Part shown: in pieces, positions 47,238 through 61,620 of the stretch
Layout: every line of letters begins with the position of its first letter
Position numbering within the stretch: the stretch's first letter is position 1
Assembly: GCF_009914755.1 (NCBI RefSeq)
Contig: NC_060941.1
Source of the DNA: the human T2T-CHM13v2.0 reference genome, Homo sapiens
Direction: 5' to 3' (one strand)
Length of the DNA stretch: 64,000 nucleotides
Notes under the pieces: generated by a model
Databases searched by the model: none
Told to the model about the DNA's origin: nothing
What the model saw: the letters and a program-made list of their open reading frames with translations, nothing else
Program-made: the position numbers and the translations under genes

Positions 47238-50200
47238 AAAATAGGTCTAGAGTGAGGTCAACTACTGAGGCCTGGGAAGGAAGTGAGGGGGCAGGTGGGG
47301 CCCATCTCAGGCCTCTGGGGGCCGAAGGGAGCCAGGGACTAAAGAGGTGAGAACCAGGCGCAGGCTCCAGGGAGACCCCCAGAGACCATGTGGCCTGCAG
47401 GGGAGTTGGGGGGGTGTGCAGGGAGATCTCTGGGGGGACAGCAATGTGGGGTGAGGGTGGGAGGGGTACCCAAGAAGCTGCTCTCTCCTAAGTCAGGTCC
47501 TAGGCAGGCAGAGGGGCTCTTGGGACAGCCTGGGGCTGCAGGTGAGTCCCTGGGAGGGAGACAGCTGAGGCGGCTGCCCCAGCTGGAGGGTGGGGGTGAG
47601 GGTTGTTGGAGGAGGGAGTACAGGCAAGGGGCTAGCTGGAGTCCCCTCAATTTGGACTTAGCTTCCTGCTATTACCAACGCCCCTTGCCAAAGGCTCCCT
47701 GGCTGGCCCTGAGTGGGGACAGGTGGGTCTGTCCCGAGGCCAGTTTCTTTCTCTCAATCACAGCGGCCTCGGGCTGCCCTCGGAGTTTGTCCTAGGAAGT
47801 GGGTGCTGGGCCTGGATCCAGAGAGGAGGGGCCCCCAGGTGGGTTTTAGGATTTGGGAAAGGGAGGGGAGAGAGTGGAGAAACTGCTGTGGCCGCCCTCT
47901 AGTCCCTCAGGGGCAAGGGCTCACTCACAGTTCCCAGCGGAGGAGGAGAAATGAGGGCCCCCGCTCCTTCCAGTCGGGGCTGCCTGCTCAGGTGCGGCGC
48001 CTCCAGGGTTGCTTGTATAAGAAGGTGCAGCAGACCGGCTGGAACTTCCCTCCCAGCGGCCAATGCCCCAGCAGCAGGGGCGGGCTCCAGGCCAGCTCCA
48101 CCCACCTGGGCCTTCCCACTTCTGGGTGGGGATGGTGACTGCACCCTGAGATCCCAGAGCCAGGACCACAGCCATGGGGAAGAGTCTCAGAGGCCCCTTT
48201 ATTGCACCGCCTTTGGCCTGGCTTCCCAGGGCTCCCTGAGTGGCCTCTTTGGGAGAGAGGAGGAGTCATCCCTGCTTACCTCTCCCTGTCTCCCTGTCTC
48301 CCCTCTCAGAAGGGGTTGCTTCTGCCCTCTCCTGGGCAGCAAGAGAACAGGAGACGTCCCTCTCCTGGGACATCAACTCTCCCACCACAGGGCTGGGCAC
48401 GCAGGATGCTCAGAAGAAGGAGCGCTTGCTTGCCTTCAGCTTGTACTGTTCTTGCTGAGAGGAACAGGGTGGCCAACCCTAAAGGCCACCTGGCTGAAAC
48501 TGAACCTGCTGGCCAGGGTGGGGCTTGGGGTCAGGGGCCTGGAACTGTCCTGGACACAGCCACTTCCTGGCTGTATGAGCTTCGTCCTGTCACTAAACCT
48601 CTCTGAACCTCTGTTTGTACTCAGGGCAAATGGAGGTGCCTACACCTGCCTTCCAAGCTGCTGGGAGCTTAACCCTGGGTTACAAGCCTTTGAGCAAGAG
48701 CCCACAGGACTGTTAGCCCCTTTGGGACTGCGTCTTACCACACTTTGTCCCCAGTGTCCAGCACAGTGACCAGCCCACACCAAGTACTCAATATGTGCGA
48801 TTAGAGTGCATGGGGAGTGACAAGGCTGTGAAACACCATCCATGGCAGGAACTCCTCTGTTCTGGGGGTCCCTGGCCTTGCCCAGTAGCCTGCCCTAAGC
48901 CCTGAGCTGCCGCCTGACAGACGGGGGTCCCTATACACTCCCCAGTGCCCCCGTGCCATGCCATCCCCACATCCTGCCCCCTCTGTTCTGCACCCACTTT
49001 CTTCCGAGATCCCTTCTCAGCAACAATCTCCTCCCCATCTTCAGCCTCCCCATCTCCTGCCCACCCACCTGAACCTGGGGATGTTTCCATCTATGACCTA
49101 CACCCCCTCTGGCCACGCTGTGTCTCTCTCTCTCCTTCTGTCTGTTGTCTACACACTCAATTCGCACCCTCACTTCACTCCTGACCACTGCCCTCTGCCT
49201 TCAGCACCCCCCTGACCAGCTGAGCTTCTAGTGGCCACTTCGGATAAGTGTTATATGGCCTTTCTCTCACGTCACCTTCCTGTGCATCTTTCTTCTGGAC
49301 ACTTCTTGTCCTCTGAGCCAGCACTCTCATGCTTCTCTTCCCTTTGTCTGGCACCTAAATCCAGGCAGGCCCCACCTTTCTCCACCCTGCTCCTCCCCAA
49401 GTCCCCCCCACCCCCCAACTCAGTAAGCAGCACCACTGTCTGCCCACAAGTGCCAGCTGGGAATCTGAACTCAACCCGATTTCCCTCCCACCTCCCTCGG
49501 CCCCCAGACCCTGCCCATCCATCTCCCAAACCTCTGTTACCACCACATGCCCACGAGACCACCAAGAGCTTCGGCCATTCTTGAGGCCCTGGCCACAGGG
49601 ATTTTTTTCTCAATCCCATTCCTGTCTCTGCTAAAAGCCTCACAGCAGCTGCAGGATAACGTGCACATTCCTGGCAAGGGCTCATGAGGCCCTGCCCCGG
49701 TGGGCACCCACTCTCAACCCCATGCTCCACTCTGAGCCCCGGCCCCATGTCTTCTGTTGCTGGCCTCCTATCCAAGAGGGTGAGTCCCCCAGGACCGTGG
49801 CTGTGCCTGAGTCCTCTCTAGATCCAAAGGCTCACCAGGGCTCTGCAGCTATTTGGCTAGTTCATGCCTAATGAACGAGTGAATGGGCCTGGAGGATTAT
49901 GGTGGGGAAATGCCGCCTGGGACAACTAAGGGCAGGGGTGGGGTTCCCTTGTGGGGGCAGGACCAACTCCCTACCCTGGACTTTGTTGGGGGTGGAGCAC
50001 CAGGGAGAGCCACAGCTGCCTCTTGAATAAAGCTCCGTGGCAGGGAACGTGGTATTATTGCACTCATTGCACAGGGGAGGAAACTGAACCAGAGACGCAA
50101 AGTGACTTGTGGAGGTCACATAGTGAATTAGGGCCACAAGTGGGGCCAGGGAGCAGCCTGTCTCTGGCCAATGTCCTAGTTCCCCCCTGGGTAAGTCCCC

Positions 50201-50549
50201 TGCCCTCATCACCTGTGCCCCTCCCCCCATATGCCACTGCAACTGGGAACCTGCTGGGAGCTGGAGGAAGGATGGGCAGAGGGGCCACCTGGCAGGCGCC
50301 CTGGCAGCCGGGGTGATCTGTCTTCTCAGGAGATGTCAGGACCTGGGCAGTCTCCTTCCTCTTTGGTCCTGGGGCCTGGGGTGGTGGCCCTTGGGCAGAC
50401 CTACAGAGGCCTGGCTCATAGGTAAGGGGCTGCCGCACCTCCGCCCTATTCAACATACACTCTCTGTGCACTCTGTCTGAGCCAGACCCTGGGCCAGATG
50501 CGAGGTTCAAAGAGCAAGGCCATTCCCCCACCTCCAGGGGCTCCGCTCA

Positions 50550-50890
50550 GACGGGCAGGCACCGTCCCACCGTCACTAGGACAGAGAATGTGGAGAGGCC
50601 GGGAAGTGCGCCACCGGGAGCCTGCGCAGGAAACGGAGGGGCGCTGCGGGGGAAGAGCGCTGGCATCCAGCCACCCATCCCAGAGAAGCTGCCTGGCTGG
50701 CTGGCAGGGGCGCGAAACAGGAACCAGCCGCGGTCTCCAGCCCCGCCCGCCGGGTGCCGTTTTCCACCCTGGCCACAAGGCGGCGGGCTGCCGCTGCAGG
50801 AGCCAGAGTGAAGGCGGCGCAGACCCAGGGAAGCCAAACGAGGATGACCCAGTCTGGGTGGACCCCCTGCTGCTGCCAAGCGCTTCGAAG
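50550..50890. promoter_or_regulatory. Small intronic CpG-rich element with ETS-like motifs
   Basis: Locally high CpG; GGGAAGTG, CAGGAAAC and CAGGAACC motifs. Confidence 0.4.
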
Positions 50891-52149
50891 CCTTAATTCA
50901 TTTAAGGCTCACAACCCTAATCCTTAGGTATTGTGCTTACACCAGAGGACGCTGGGCCTGGGGGGGGAGGGGGTGGTCCTCGCTTGTAAGTTAAGTGGCT
51001 GTCAGCAGCTGGCAGCTGCCCCAGCAAAATCCAGTTCCCCTTTCCCTAGTCTCAAAACCTGAGCTCTGCATTGTAACGAGACAGGCGGAGGGAACACCCA
51101 GCAGCGGGCCTACGGAGGCGTGTCTCCTTCGTCTGGGCATCCCGGACTCAGTCCTGGCACATGGTGGGCATCAGTGTTCATGGTAATGACATCAGGCACA
51201 GCGAAATAAATCAGAGGCTCCCAAGGTTCAGAGGTCATCTGTCCATCCCCTCCCTTTGTGCTAAAGAACAAACCGAGACCCTGAGAGAGGAAGAGAGCTG
51301 CCTCTAGATCATCACACGGCCGGTGGCAGATGGCAGAACGGTTCTAAGCATCCTTTTCTCCCCCTCGGGCTGCCCCTCCCTGAAAAGTTCCTAAAGTTCA
51401 AAATGTCAGAGTCCCCCAGAGTGTTCTGAGGATGCAAGAGTGTTTGTAAAACGTGCTCTATTTTCGATTTCCCAGATTAACACAACTGGATTCTGAAGAG
51501 GGGAAAAAACAACCTCACTTAACACGTCTTTCTGAAACAAACCCATCAGGAGTTCTTTTAAAAAAAAAAAAAAAAAAAAAAGGAACTGAAATGCTGGAAG
51601 CACCCTCAAAGGGAAGCAGACGCCTGACTTTCACATCCACCCTCTCATCTGACTCCAGGCTCCTTGAGCTGGCGGCAGGCCCGCAATCCCCCGTTCCGTG
51701 CCCAGATGCACTTCGGAATATAGAACAGCTGGGACTTGGAAAGATAATATGTGGCACCCACCTGCTGTAGGTTACATAACCTCCCAGCAGGGCTTGGGGC
51801 AGCAGCCGGCCATCGAGCTTATTTGCATTTCTGCAGCAAAACATGAATATTCACACAAGTGCGATAAATAAAGACCATCAACAGCCTCATATCAGTTCAA
51901 GCGCAATTTTGCCACCAATTTGATTACGAAAAATCTTTCGGGCTTCCAGGGAGCTTTGGAGCCTGGAAATTGCAGATGAGGGATGGGGGCCTGCACTGTT
52001 TCGCGGCTGGGGAGAGGGAGCTCATCCGAAGTCTTCCGACAGAGGTGGGCGTCATGCCCGACGCTGAGCGGAGTGGGTCTCCTCGAGCCCAGGCTCCCTG
52101 CGGGCGCTGTCCTCAGCGAGCCTCCCCGCCTCCGCGCCCGGGGTCGTAC

Positions 52150-52832
52150 CTGCTTCACGATCTCCTACCGCGGCGGGCCGCGTACCTCCTGGATGGCCTC
52201 TTAGACGTTCTCTGAGTCGCTGCGCGACAGGGGCAGCAGGCACACCCAGGAGCCCGCTACGCTGCAGGCCTTGAAGCTGCCGCTGCTTCCGAGGTTGCCG
52301 GCGGGAGGCGAGACGACGGCGCGCGTCAGGTCGTCCAGGGACTGCGCGGGCCGCACGGGCGCCGTGGGCCGCAGGTACAGGCAGGCGGGCAGGCCGGGCG
52401 CCAGGCTGCTGCGCTGGCTCGCGGCGCCGCGCTGCGCAGGGCCGCACAGGGAGCTGGCCCCGCCTCGGGGCTCCGCTGGGGGGCCGTTGGGGGCCGCTGC
52501 CACAGCCGCGCTCACGAACCGGTAGTCGTAGGCGAGCGGCTCAGGGGCTGCGGGTCCCGATGGGGGGACCTGGCGGCGCGTCAGCGGCAGGGTTGCCCAG
52601 CGCAGGCAGCTCGCGCACGTACTGCGCGGGCAGGTAGAAGGGGCGGCCGCCGGGCTTGCGCCGCACGTGCCACCAATGCTCAGTGCTCTGTGCTGCGCCG
52701 CAGCGGCCGGTAGCGCTCATTGGGCGGGATGGCCACGCGGCGCCCGTCCTTGCCGGTGTACTCGAAGGGGTGCTCCACCAGTACGTACACGTCCCCCTCC
52801 ACATCCGCCGCCATTGCGGCCGCGGCATTTTC
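52150..52832 (-). pseudogene. ARHGAP27P1: ARHGAP27P1 first coding exon (SH3 domain), disabled
   Basis: ctgcag|GAAAATGCCGCG; ATG at 52814 gives MAADVEGDVYVLVEHPFEYTGKDGRRVAIPPNERYRPLRRSTEH. A 7-nt duplication (GAGCACT-GAGCATT) shifts frame before WWHVRRKPGGRPFYLPAQYVRELP; a second shift near 52560 precedes PEPLAYDYRFVSAA...SDSENV* (TAA 52201-52203). Donor CAG|gtacga. Confidence 0.93.
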
Positions 52833-54095
52833 CTGCAGGCAACAAGGAAGAGGGCCGCGGAAGTCAAGACCACTGAGCCCGGAATAGCCCAGCACTCGAG
52901 GAGAGACTTGGGTTCGAGTCCCGATGCTGCACTTGCCGTTCGCCTTCGGGCCTCAGTTTTCCCATTTCTAAAATGAGGACTTGAATAAAATCACATGCAA
53001 GGCTTCCATTCTTACACTCAGTGCTGGAATTAGGACAACCTCTTCATTCCGTGGGGTTGATTCTAAGATTTCAGCCTCGCTTCAGTCCTGCGGTGGGGAG
53101 ATTGTGGGTAGTCTTGGTCCAAATCGACTGCGAGGGAAACTTTGGCTTTAAAACGAGGGGTGATTACCTGCTCTAAGGTCGACACCACGCTTGCTTGATA
53201 GTTGACCGTGCCTTAGTTTTCCCGTCAGTCAAGTGGGAAGAGCAGCCCATTTCCTGCCGCTCCCCGGGCCCTGTCCCGCCTGGACGCCTCCCTCCAGGAG
53301 CCTGCGCCCCGGCCCCGGGGTCAGGGTTGGGATGCGGGCTCTGCAGGCGCCCCGGCGAACAGCTCTACCTGGAGGCTGTCCCTGCCCCGCTTAGTCCAAG
53401 GGCCTTGGTGTGGGGGCCTCCGCTGTCAAGGCGGGGGAACCGGTTCTCTCGGTTTCTCTCCCCTTCCCCAGCGGCTTCAACGCAGACGTGAGCCCGAGCC
53501 GGGCCCGCCCCCGCCCCCTGCTCTCCGGCTCTCACGCCGCCCCCCGAGAGAGGCTGCCCACCTGCCCTGTGACCCCTACAGTGTCCCCAAGAGAGTGGCC
53601 CCTGGAGAATGCACTCTGAGACAGTGACTGTCCGTGCGGAGTCCCAAAGCAGGGGCCCTCAAAGCTCTCCGGAGTGGTCACAAGCCCCGCTCCCGCCCCG
53701 GCTGGGTGTGTCAGGGATGGGGGAGAGCTTAACTAAATCTGCCGGCGCCCCTCCACCAAAGCCATGAGTCGGTGGTCTTCTCCGGAAGTGCATGGCCCCT
53801 CCAAGCTCCCACACTGACCACATCTCCTCCTGCCTCCTAAGGTGACCCAGGCCAAGGGCCAGGAGACCGCGGCTTGCCGAGGCTGAGGGACCGAAGGAGC
53901 AGGGTCCAATCCGGGACTCCCGTAGGGCTCCTTCGCCACTTTGTCAAGCGTTCCTCGACTAGGAAAGGGTATACACTTGAGTCACTAAGCACACTGGGCC
54001 CCGGAGGCGGGGTCATCGAGCTGCCCAGAGCCAACAAACCCCAAGGTGGACACTGCCCCGGCGCCCCTTCCCCCCGGACCCCGCAGCGCACTCAC

Positions 54096-54307
54096 GTCTG
54101 CTGGGCGGGCCTCAGGGAGCCCAAGGGCCGGGTGGGCGGGGCCGGCAGGTTAGGCCCGGACCATCGCCCTGGGCGGGGCTTCCGAGGTGGTGCCGGAGAG
54201 GTTTCGCGGAATCGGAGCTGGCAACGGCAGCGAATAGGGACAGCGACGCTCAGGAGTGCTGTCACCCATACCCAAAGAAGCTGCGTCTGGGCGGGGCGAG
54301 GAGGAAC
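54096..54307 (-). other. Candidate non-coding 5' exon of ARHGAP27P1
   Basis: Consensus donor GTGAGT at 54095-54090; possible acceptor ttcag at 54308; 5' boundary uncertain. Confidence 0.3.
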
Positions 54308-54511
54308 CTGAATGCCTCTGCTGGGGACCTTGGGGGGCATTGGGACGAGGACCGGAGCAGAAAGCCGGGGTCCGGAGCCAGGAAGGCTGCGTCTGAAGGG
54401 GCGCTGGCTGGTCGCTAGCGGAGCCCAAGGAGGGTGGGCCTCCCCTGTCCCGCCTTCCCCCTTCCCTTCTCCCCCGGGGATTTGCTGTCCCGGAGTCCCT
54501 GCGTCCCTCCC

Positions 54512-54577
54512 GCCTGCGGCTCTGGGAATGCCGGTCTGGGGCTGGTTGTCTAGTGCGGGCGTTCCCGTTCGCGGGGA
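54512..54577 (+). ncRNA. MIR6080: pre-miR-6080 hairpin
   Basis: Contains TCTAGTGCGGGCGTTCCCG (54549-54567), which I recognise as mature miR-6080; GGGAATGCC pairs with GGCGTTCCC. Hairpin ends approximate. Confidence 0.8.
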
Positions 54578-56473
54578 GGTCATTGGCACCCTGAATCACC
54601 CACTGCGAGCCCTTCCAACCGGATTGTAGACCTGCCAGCTCCGGGCCCACCTCCCCCAACAGGGCCTTTCCCGGAGCAACCCGGCCGGGCCTGGAAAAAC
54701 TCCGAGAGGGATTCCCAGCGCAGGGACGCCCACCGGAGCGCAGTGTCTCGGGCTGGATAAGAAGGGGACCCGGCCACAGCTCCTTCGCCAACCTGCGGGA
54801 ACACAGAGAAGGGGAGGGATTGGTGGGGGCCGAGAGGATCCCTGGAGCGCGAGAGCGCACCCGTCGCCAGGAGGTCCCCTGCGTCCACTGCCCAGGCGAC
54901 GCAAGCTACAGCGGCGTCAACGCCTGGGTCGGCGCTAGGGGCCTGGGCCTGCTCCCCACCCGCCTCCAGAGGGAGGGCAGCCCTTCGCCTACCTTCTCCT
55001 CCCCGTGGGATGCGGCCCGAGCAGCTCCCGCCCCAGCACGGAGACAAGGGGAGCAGGCGCGCGGAGCTCCCGGGTGCGGACCCGCCACCTGCCGCACCCT
55101 TCCCTCCCCAACCCTGCCCCTTTCCCCACCCCCACCCCACCTCCCACCTCAACTCCCGCTCGGCGGCCCACTGCCTGCCCGGGCACCTCGGGGCGTCCGC
55201 TCGCCGGCCTCGTCTCCACTTGTCCCGGCAGGCGCGCGTGGGCTCGGCGTCCCGCGCTCCCTCCTCGACCGCGCGGCTCCGGCGCTGCCAGGTTTCCTGT
55301 ATAGCACTATAACCAGTGAGGCACCGGCGGAGAGCGCCCGGCAGAACTTCCTCCCGGACTGGGGCTGGGCTGCGGTTGCGAGAGACAATCCCCGGCGTCC
55401 TGGCTTCCTGTCGCCTCTGGGCCAGGCCCGCGCCTGAAGAGGAAAGATGCCACCCCCTCCCCTGCATTTCCCGGGATCCTGGGCCACTCCCGGGATCCTG
55501 GCTGTCTCCAGGGAGGAAGAGGCCGCGGGGCTGAGATGGTGGGACTGGGGATGGCGGGAGTCTCCCGCGCAGCTTCTCCTGGCCAGATTGCCTTCCCACC
55601 ATCCCCCACTCCCTCTTGACCCTTGCGGGGAAAGAGGTCCACCCTCCAATCCGTCCACAGGGTAAGCTCAGAACAACCTCCTGGGGGCCAGGAGTCCAGC
55701 CCCAGGGCCCTCCGCCTTGGGGGTCTTCTGTTTGGGAATTATCTGCCTCTCTGGACAAGCTGCCTCGCCCTGATCTGAGCCTGCGCTCACTCCACACGTC
55801 ACAAACCACAGCCCTAGCAGACCCCCTGCCCTCAGGGGCCCCCAGAAACAGTTGTGCCTATGGACGTGGCTGTGTGTGCGGAGAGCTGGCTGATTCAGGC
55901 CAGTGTTCTGGGACGAAGAGAAGCCCACACCCCAGGCCATGGCCCCTCTTGACTCCACCTCCTGGGGGCCCAGGGTTGGATGGGAAGCTGAATCTGGCCA
56001 CACTCGTTCTGGAACTCCCTTACCTCTGTATCTTTGCCCCTGCTAGGCGTTGCCCACCCGTGAGTCTACACTTCCTCTGAGAATCTCAGTGTGTCTGAGG
56101 CCTGGTGGCACTTTGGGACCCTCCAGGGTGGGCACACAGCAGAACTCAGCATTGGTCTTTGGTGCCCGACATGCTTAGAAAATAGTGACTGGAGGAATCT
56201 TCTCTCCCTCCCTACCTTTTAGGTCTCTCCCCACCTGCAGCACAGCCAGGCAGCGGCTGGCAGTGGTGATGGTCTTTGCGTGGGGTCAGGCAGGTATGAT
56301 GCCCCACTCTGCTGCTTGGCGGCTGGTAGGCCTTGGGAGTTCTGCCTTATCTCTGCAGCTCAGCTTTCTTTCCTATCAATAGTAACACCCACTTCACTGG
56401 ATTATTGGGAAGATTAAATGAGATCCACTAAGCAGTGCTTACCACATGCCCAGCGTACACCATATATCAGCTA

Positions 56474-57029
<556 letters not shown>

Positions 57030-59008
57030 TCAGAGGCGCTTGGCTGAGGATGGAGAGGGGCTGAGCCCACTGGCAGGGCAGAACCAGGTCATGTGCCATG
57101 GCCCTCCACTGGGCCTCCCTCCCCCAGTTTCTCTTCTCTTCTCTGGCCCTACCATCTATTGTCCTTGGGGGAAGCTGTGGCACCTAGATGGGCAGAGGGT
57201 GCCAACTTGTAATCTGAAAGGGGCCTTCAAGGACAGGAAATCGCAGATCTGAATGTTGTCTGTTTCCATCCCATTTTACCGCAATCTGATTTCCCTGAGA
57301 ATTAGTCTGTTTCCAAGGGCGCCTTCGGGAAGAATCCTCACAGGCCTAAGCCCTCCCCAGGCCAGACTCCTGCCCACTCAGGGATGGGGCAATGAGGGCT
57401 CTGACCAGGCCAGGCTTGTGGTCATGGCAGGTGCATAACCCAGCTCCTGGCTTAGGAGGTATTGGCATCTGGGCACAGGTGTGCGCCATGACCGGGAGAA
57501 GCTATGCACAGCCTCCACCTGCCTGCCACCGCCACCTCTGTTCTGCACAGGCATCCAGCTCCAAAGCTGGGTGGGTGACTCAGCAGCTGATCACCCCCAG
57601 GGAGGGGTGGGGGTGGGCTCATCTCTGACAGTGACAGGTGGATCTCCACCTGAGGCCTCAGACTCCAAGCTGAGCGCAGGTAAGACAGCTAGGACTGAGG
57701 GCCCGCTGGGTCCAGGAGAGGTGGGAGAAGGCGACAGAGAGACCAGCAAACCCACATTTCCCTGAAGCCTGGAGGGTCTGAACTTCACTTCAAAAACAAT
57801 TCCAGGCTCCCACCCCAGCACCAAGGCCCCTTCAAAGGCAGTCCTGCTCCGGGGAAGTTCTTCAGTCTCCAGTGTCCTGGCTGGGCAAGTTCAGTGATGC
57901 TTTGGGAATTCATAGCTTTGTGAGGCGGCGGCTGCATCCACAGGGCAGCTCCCCCGCATGCCCTGCACAGCTTAGGGCGAAGGACCAGGTCATTTCTCCA
58001 CAGTGCAGGGCCCAGCTGCCTGCTGTCTCTAGGGTCCTGCCTATCTGTGCCCTGGCAGGGGTCAGTCAGGCAGAGAGGGTGACCCCGGGCACCCACCAAG
58101 GTGGGCCTGGAGCATCTGCAGCAGTGCCCCTGTCTGTAGAGGGGTGAGGAGGGCACGGGGATTGGGGGTGGGCAAGACGGCGACCCTCCCTAAACCGAGG
58201 AGGGCTCATAGTGCTGAAAGTGCTGGTTTCCAGTCATTTCTCCTTCTCCTAATGGGGCCAAGGCCCCAGGCTAGAGAAGAGCTAGGGGCTCTGACGCTGA
58301 GAAAGGGGTGGGCTCAGCAGGTGAGACGCACTGGGGTGGGGAGTAAAGAGGAGACAGAGAGGAAGTGGGGTCACCAGGACTGGCCCTGCCCTGCTGAGGG
58401 GCGGTTTGGCACTGGCAGTGAGGGCCAGGAAAGGCACTGGGTGGGCCCACAGGCCCTGTCCCAGCAGTGGCCTGCCCAACAGCCACCCGCTGCCTCTAGG
58501 ACAGGCCTGAGAGGCTCCTGTGCATCCGCTGGGGGTGAAAATGTCTGGATTTCATGGGTGACTCGCATACGGTCAAGAATAAAAAATACTTTCTGTTGAA
58601 ATATGAATGGGAAAAACCCACCTTAAAAAACCAGACCTTTTAATCAGGAATGTGGAATTGAAAATGTTCCCCAAGTCCCCTTTCCACAGTGTTTGGCCAG
58701 CCCTAACGGAGGCGCCGGGACGCTGGTGAGCCAGGGCCTGGTGAGTAAACGGCCCTGCCTGCCCCAGACAGGGAGCATCTGGTGGTGGCCACGCCTCCTG
58801 CAGCAGAGGGGTGGGGGGAGGGCCAGGGGACATCATGGGGACTTCCTGGGCTTTCTGTAGGAGGCCAGTGCTCTGGTCACATCTGAGGTCTTCCTGACAA
58901 GGGGACACAGCTGTGACACGGTGAGTATCCTGGGCTGATAGGAAACCCAGCTGGGATGGCTGAGCCACACTCACCCCCGGCCTTCAGAGTGGGATCAGCA
59001 GAGGGGCA

Positions 59009-59302
<294 letters not shown>

Positions 59303-59399
59303 TCACACAATGCACACTGATATTCTCTGTCCTACTGCATTTTTTATAAATGCTGCTTGAGATTCATTAAAGATTTCTTACCTGTATTTTAAAAAGCAT

Positions 59400-59692
<293 letters not shown>

Positions 59693-60036
59693 AGACTGTA
59701 TAATTTTAAAAACTCACTCCCAGGCCCATTCAGGGCTGAATCCCGGCCAGTGGACACCGATAAAAAAAGAACTAATGTTCCCAGTTCAGTTTTCCACTCC
59801 CACATGGGTTGCAGGAAGGTCTGGATGAATTTTTCCATTGAGAGGTTGCTGATAATGAGCAATAACTGGGAACAAGAGGGATCATTTCAGCAACCGAGGC
59901 AGTAGCAGTGGCAGTGGCAGCTACCACCCACCAGGTGCCCACTTTGTGCCTGGTCTTATGCCAACAGTGCAGGGCGGTAACTCATACAACCCTCCTCAAC
60001 CCATGCATACACTGAGACCCCAGGAGGCTCCACTCA

Positions 60037-60501
<465 letters not shown>

Positions 60502-60967
60502 TCATACACCCCGTCTGCGATCTGCGGAGGGCTGGTAAACTGAGGCCCCAGGCCTTTCAAGCAGCTGCACTGAGTCGCCATGGCACCCTGCCTAGAGAAC
60601 TTCTACCCCCAGTTTCCATGCGGGCAAGAAAAGAAAACCTCCCTGAATCAGGCTGAGTAGTGGCAGCATCCAGCCCGTGGGTACTGAGGTCACTCGGGGC
60701 TTATGGGATTTATAGATGAGACCCAAATCCACTGTACCCTCCCCTTGGGGAAAGGAGTATTCCAAACTCTCTTCCCTACGATCCTGGGGTTGCTGGAGTT
60801 TTATTTCAGGGGTGCTGGGGGTATCCGTCCCTGCCCAGGAAGCTGGGGCAGCAGGGCAACCCACCCTGAGCTGCAGAAAAGCTGCAGACTGCTGTCTTCT
60901 TCAGTAAACTACAGACACCCTCTCTCCCATCTTCCTTGCTGACTTCTCCAGGAATGAAGTCTTTCTA

Positions 60968-61066
<99 letters not shown>

Positions 61067-61209
61067 TCAAACAAAACACAAGCGATTCTTTAGAAAAGTT
61101 TCGAAGACCCAGGCCAGCCCGTGTTGTTTATTTTCATTCCCCTGGCGCTGCTCACCAGGCAGACACCTCCCGCCTGGGCGGGGCAGGGCCTAGGAGCACA
61201 ATTCAGCCT

Positions 61210-61620
61210 GCTTGGGACCCGGTCTTCAAGGTAACTAACTAGCTGGTTGGACCTTGGACATGTTACTTAAGCTCTCTGAACCTTGGGTTCCCCTCTCTGG
61301 GAAATGGAGTTGTCTGGATTGAGTAACTTATTGAAAGCATTTGGCTTGGTGCAGAGCTCACAGTAAACATGTAATTAATTAATTAATCATGAGGAGGATA
61401 GGTGCTGACATCTGGGACCAGGAACTGGGCTAAGAGCTTCATACGCACTCATTCATTTGATCCTCACAATAATCCTGTGAGGCTGGTACTAACACAACCC
61501 CAACTTTGAGAAGAGGAAACAGAGAGGTTAAGTCACTTGCCTGAGGTCACATATCTAGTAGGTGGGAGAGCTGGAGTTTGAACACAGGGGCCTGGCTCCT
61601 GAGCCTGCACCCTTGTCCAC
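61210..61620. mobile_element. Two MIR elements in opposite orientation
   Basis: GACCTTGGACATGTTACTTAAGCTCTCTGAACCTTGGGTTCCC...AAATGG and TTTGATCCTCACAATAATCCTGTGAGG...GAGGAAACAGAGAGGTTAAGTCACTTGCCTGAGGTCACA. Confidence 0.75.

Larger units (their letters stand above)
52000..55600. promoter_or_regulatory. CpG island / duplicated ARHGAP27 promoter
   Basis: Very high GC and CpG density, many GC boxes (GGGCGG/CCGCCC), and a CCGGAAGTG ETS site at ~53782. Confidence 0.85.

Noticed and set aside
47951-48769. 272-aa ORF
   Set aside because: GC-rich intronic sequence that includes a MIR-like remnant; no recognisable homology.
54580-55809. 409-aa ORF and other long overlapping ORFs at 53-56 kb
   Set aside because: Stop-poor GC-rich CpG island; low-complexity G/R/P/A translations with no recognisable domain.
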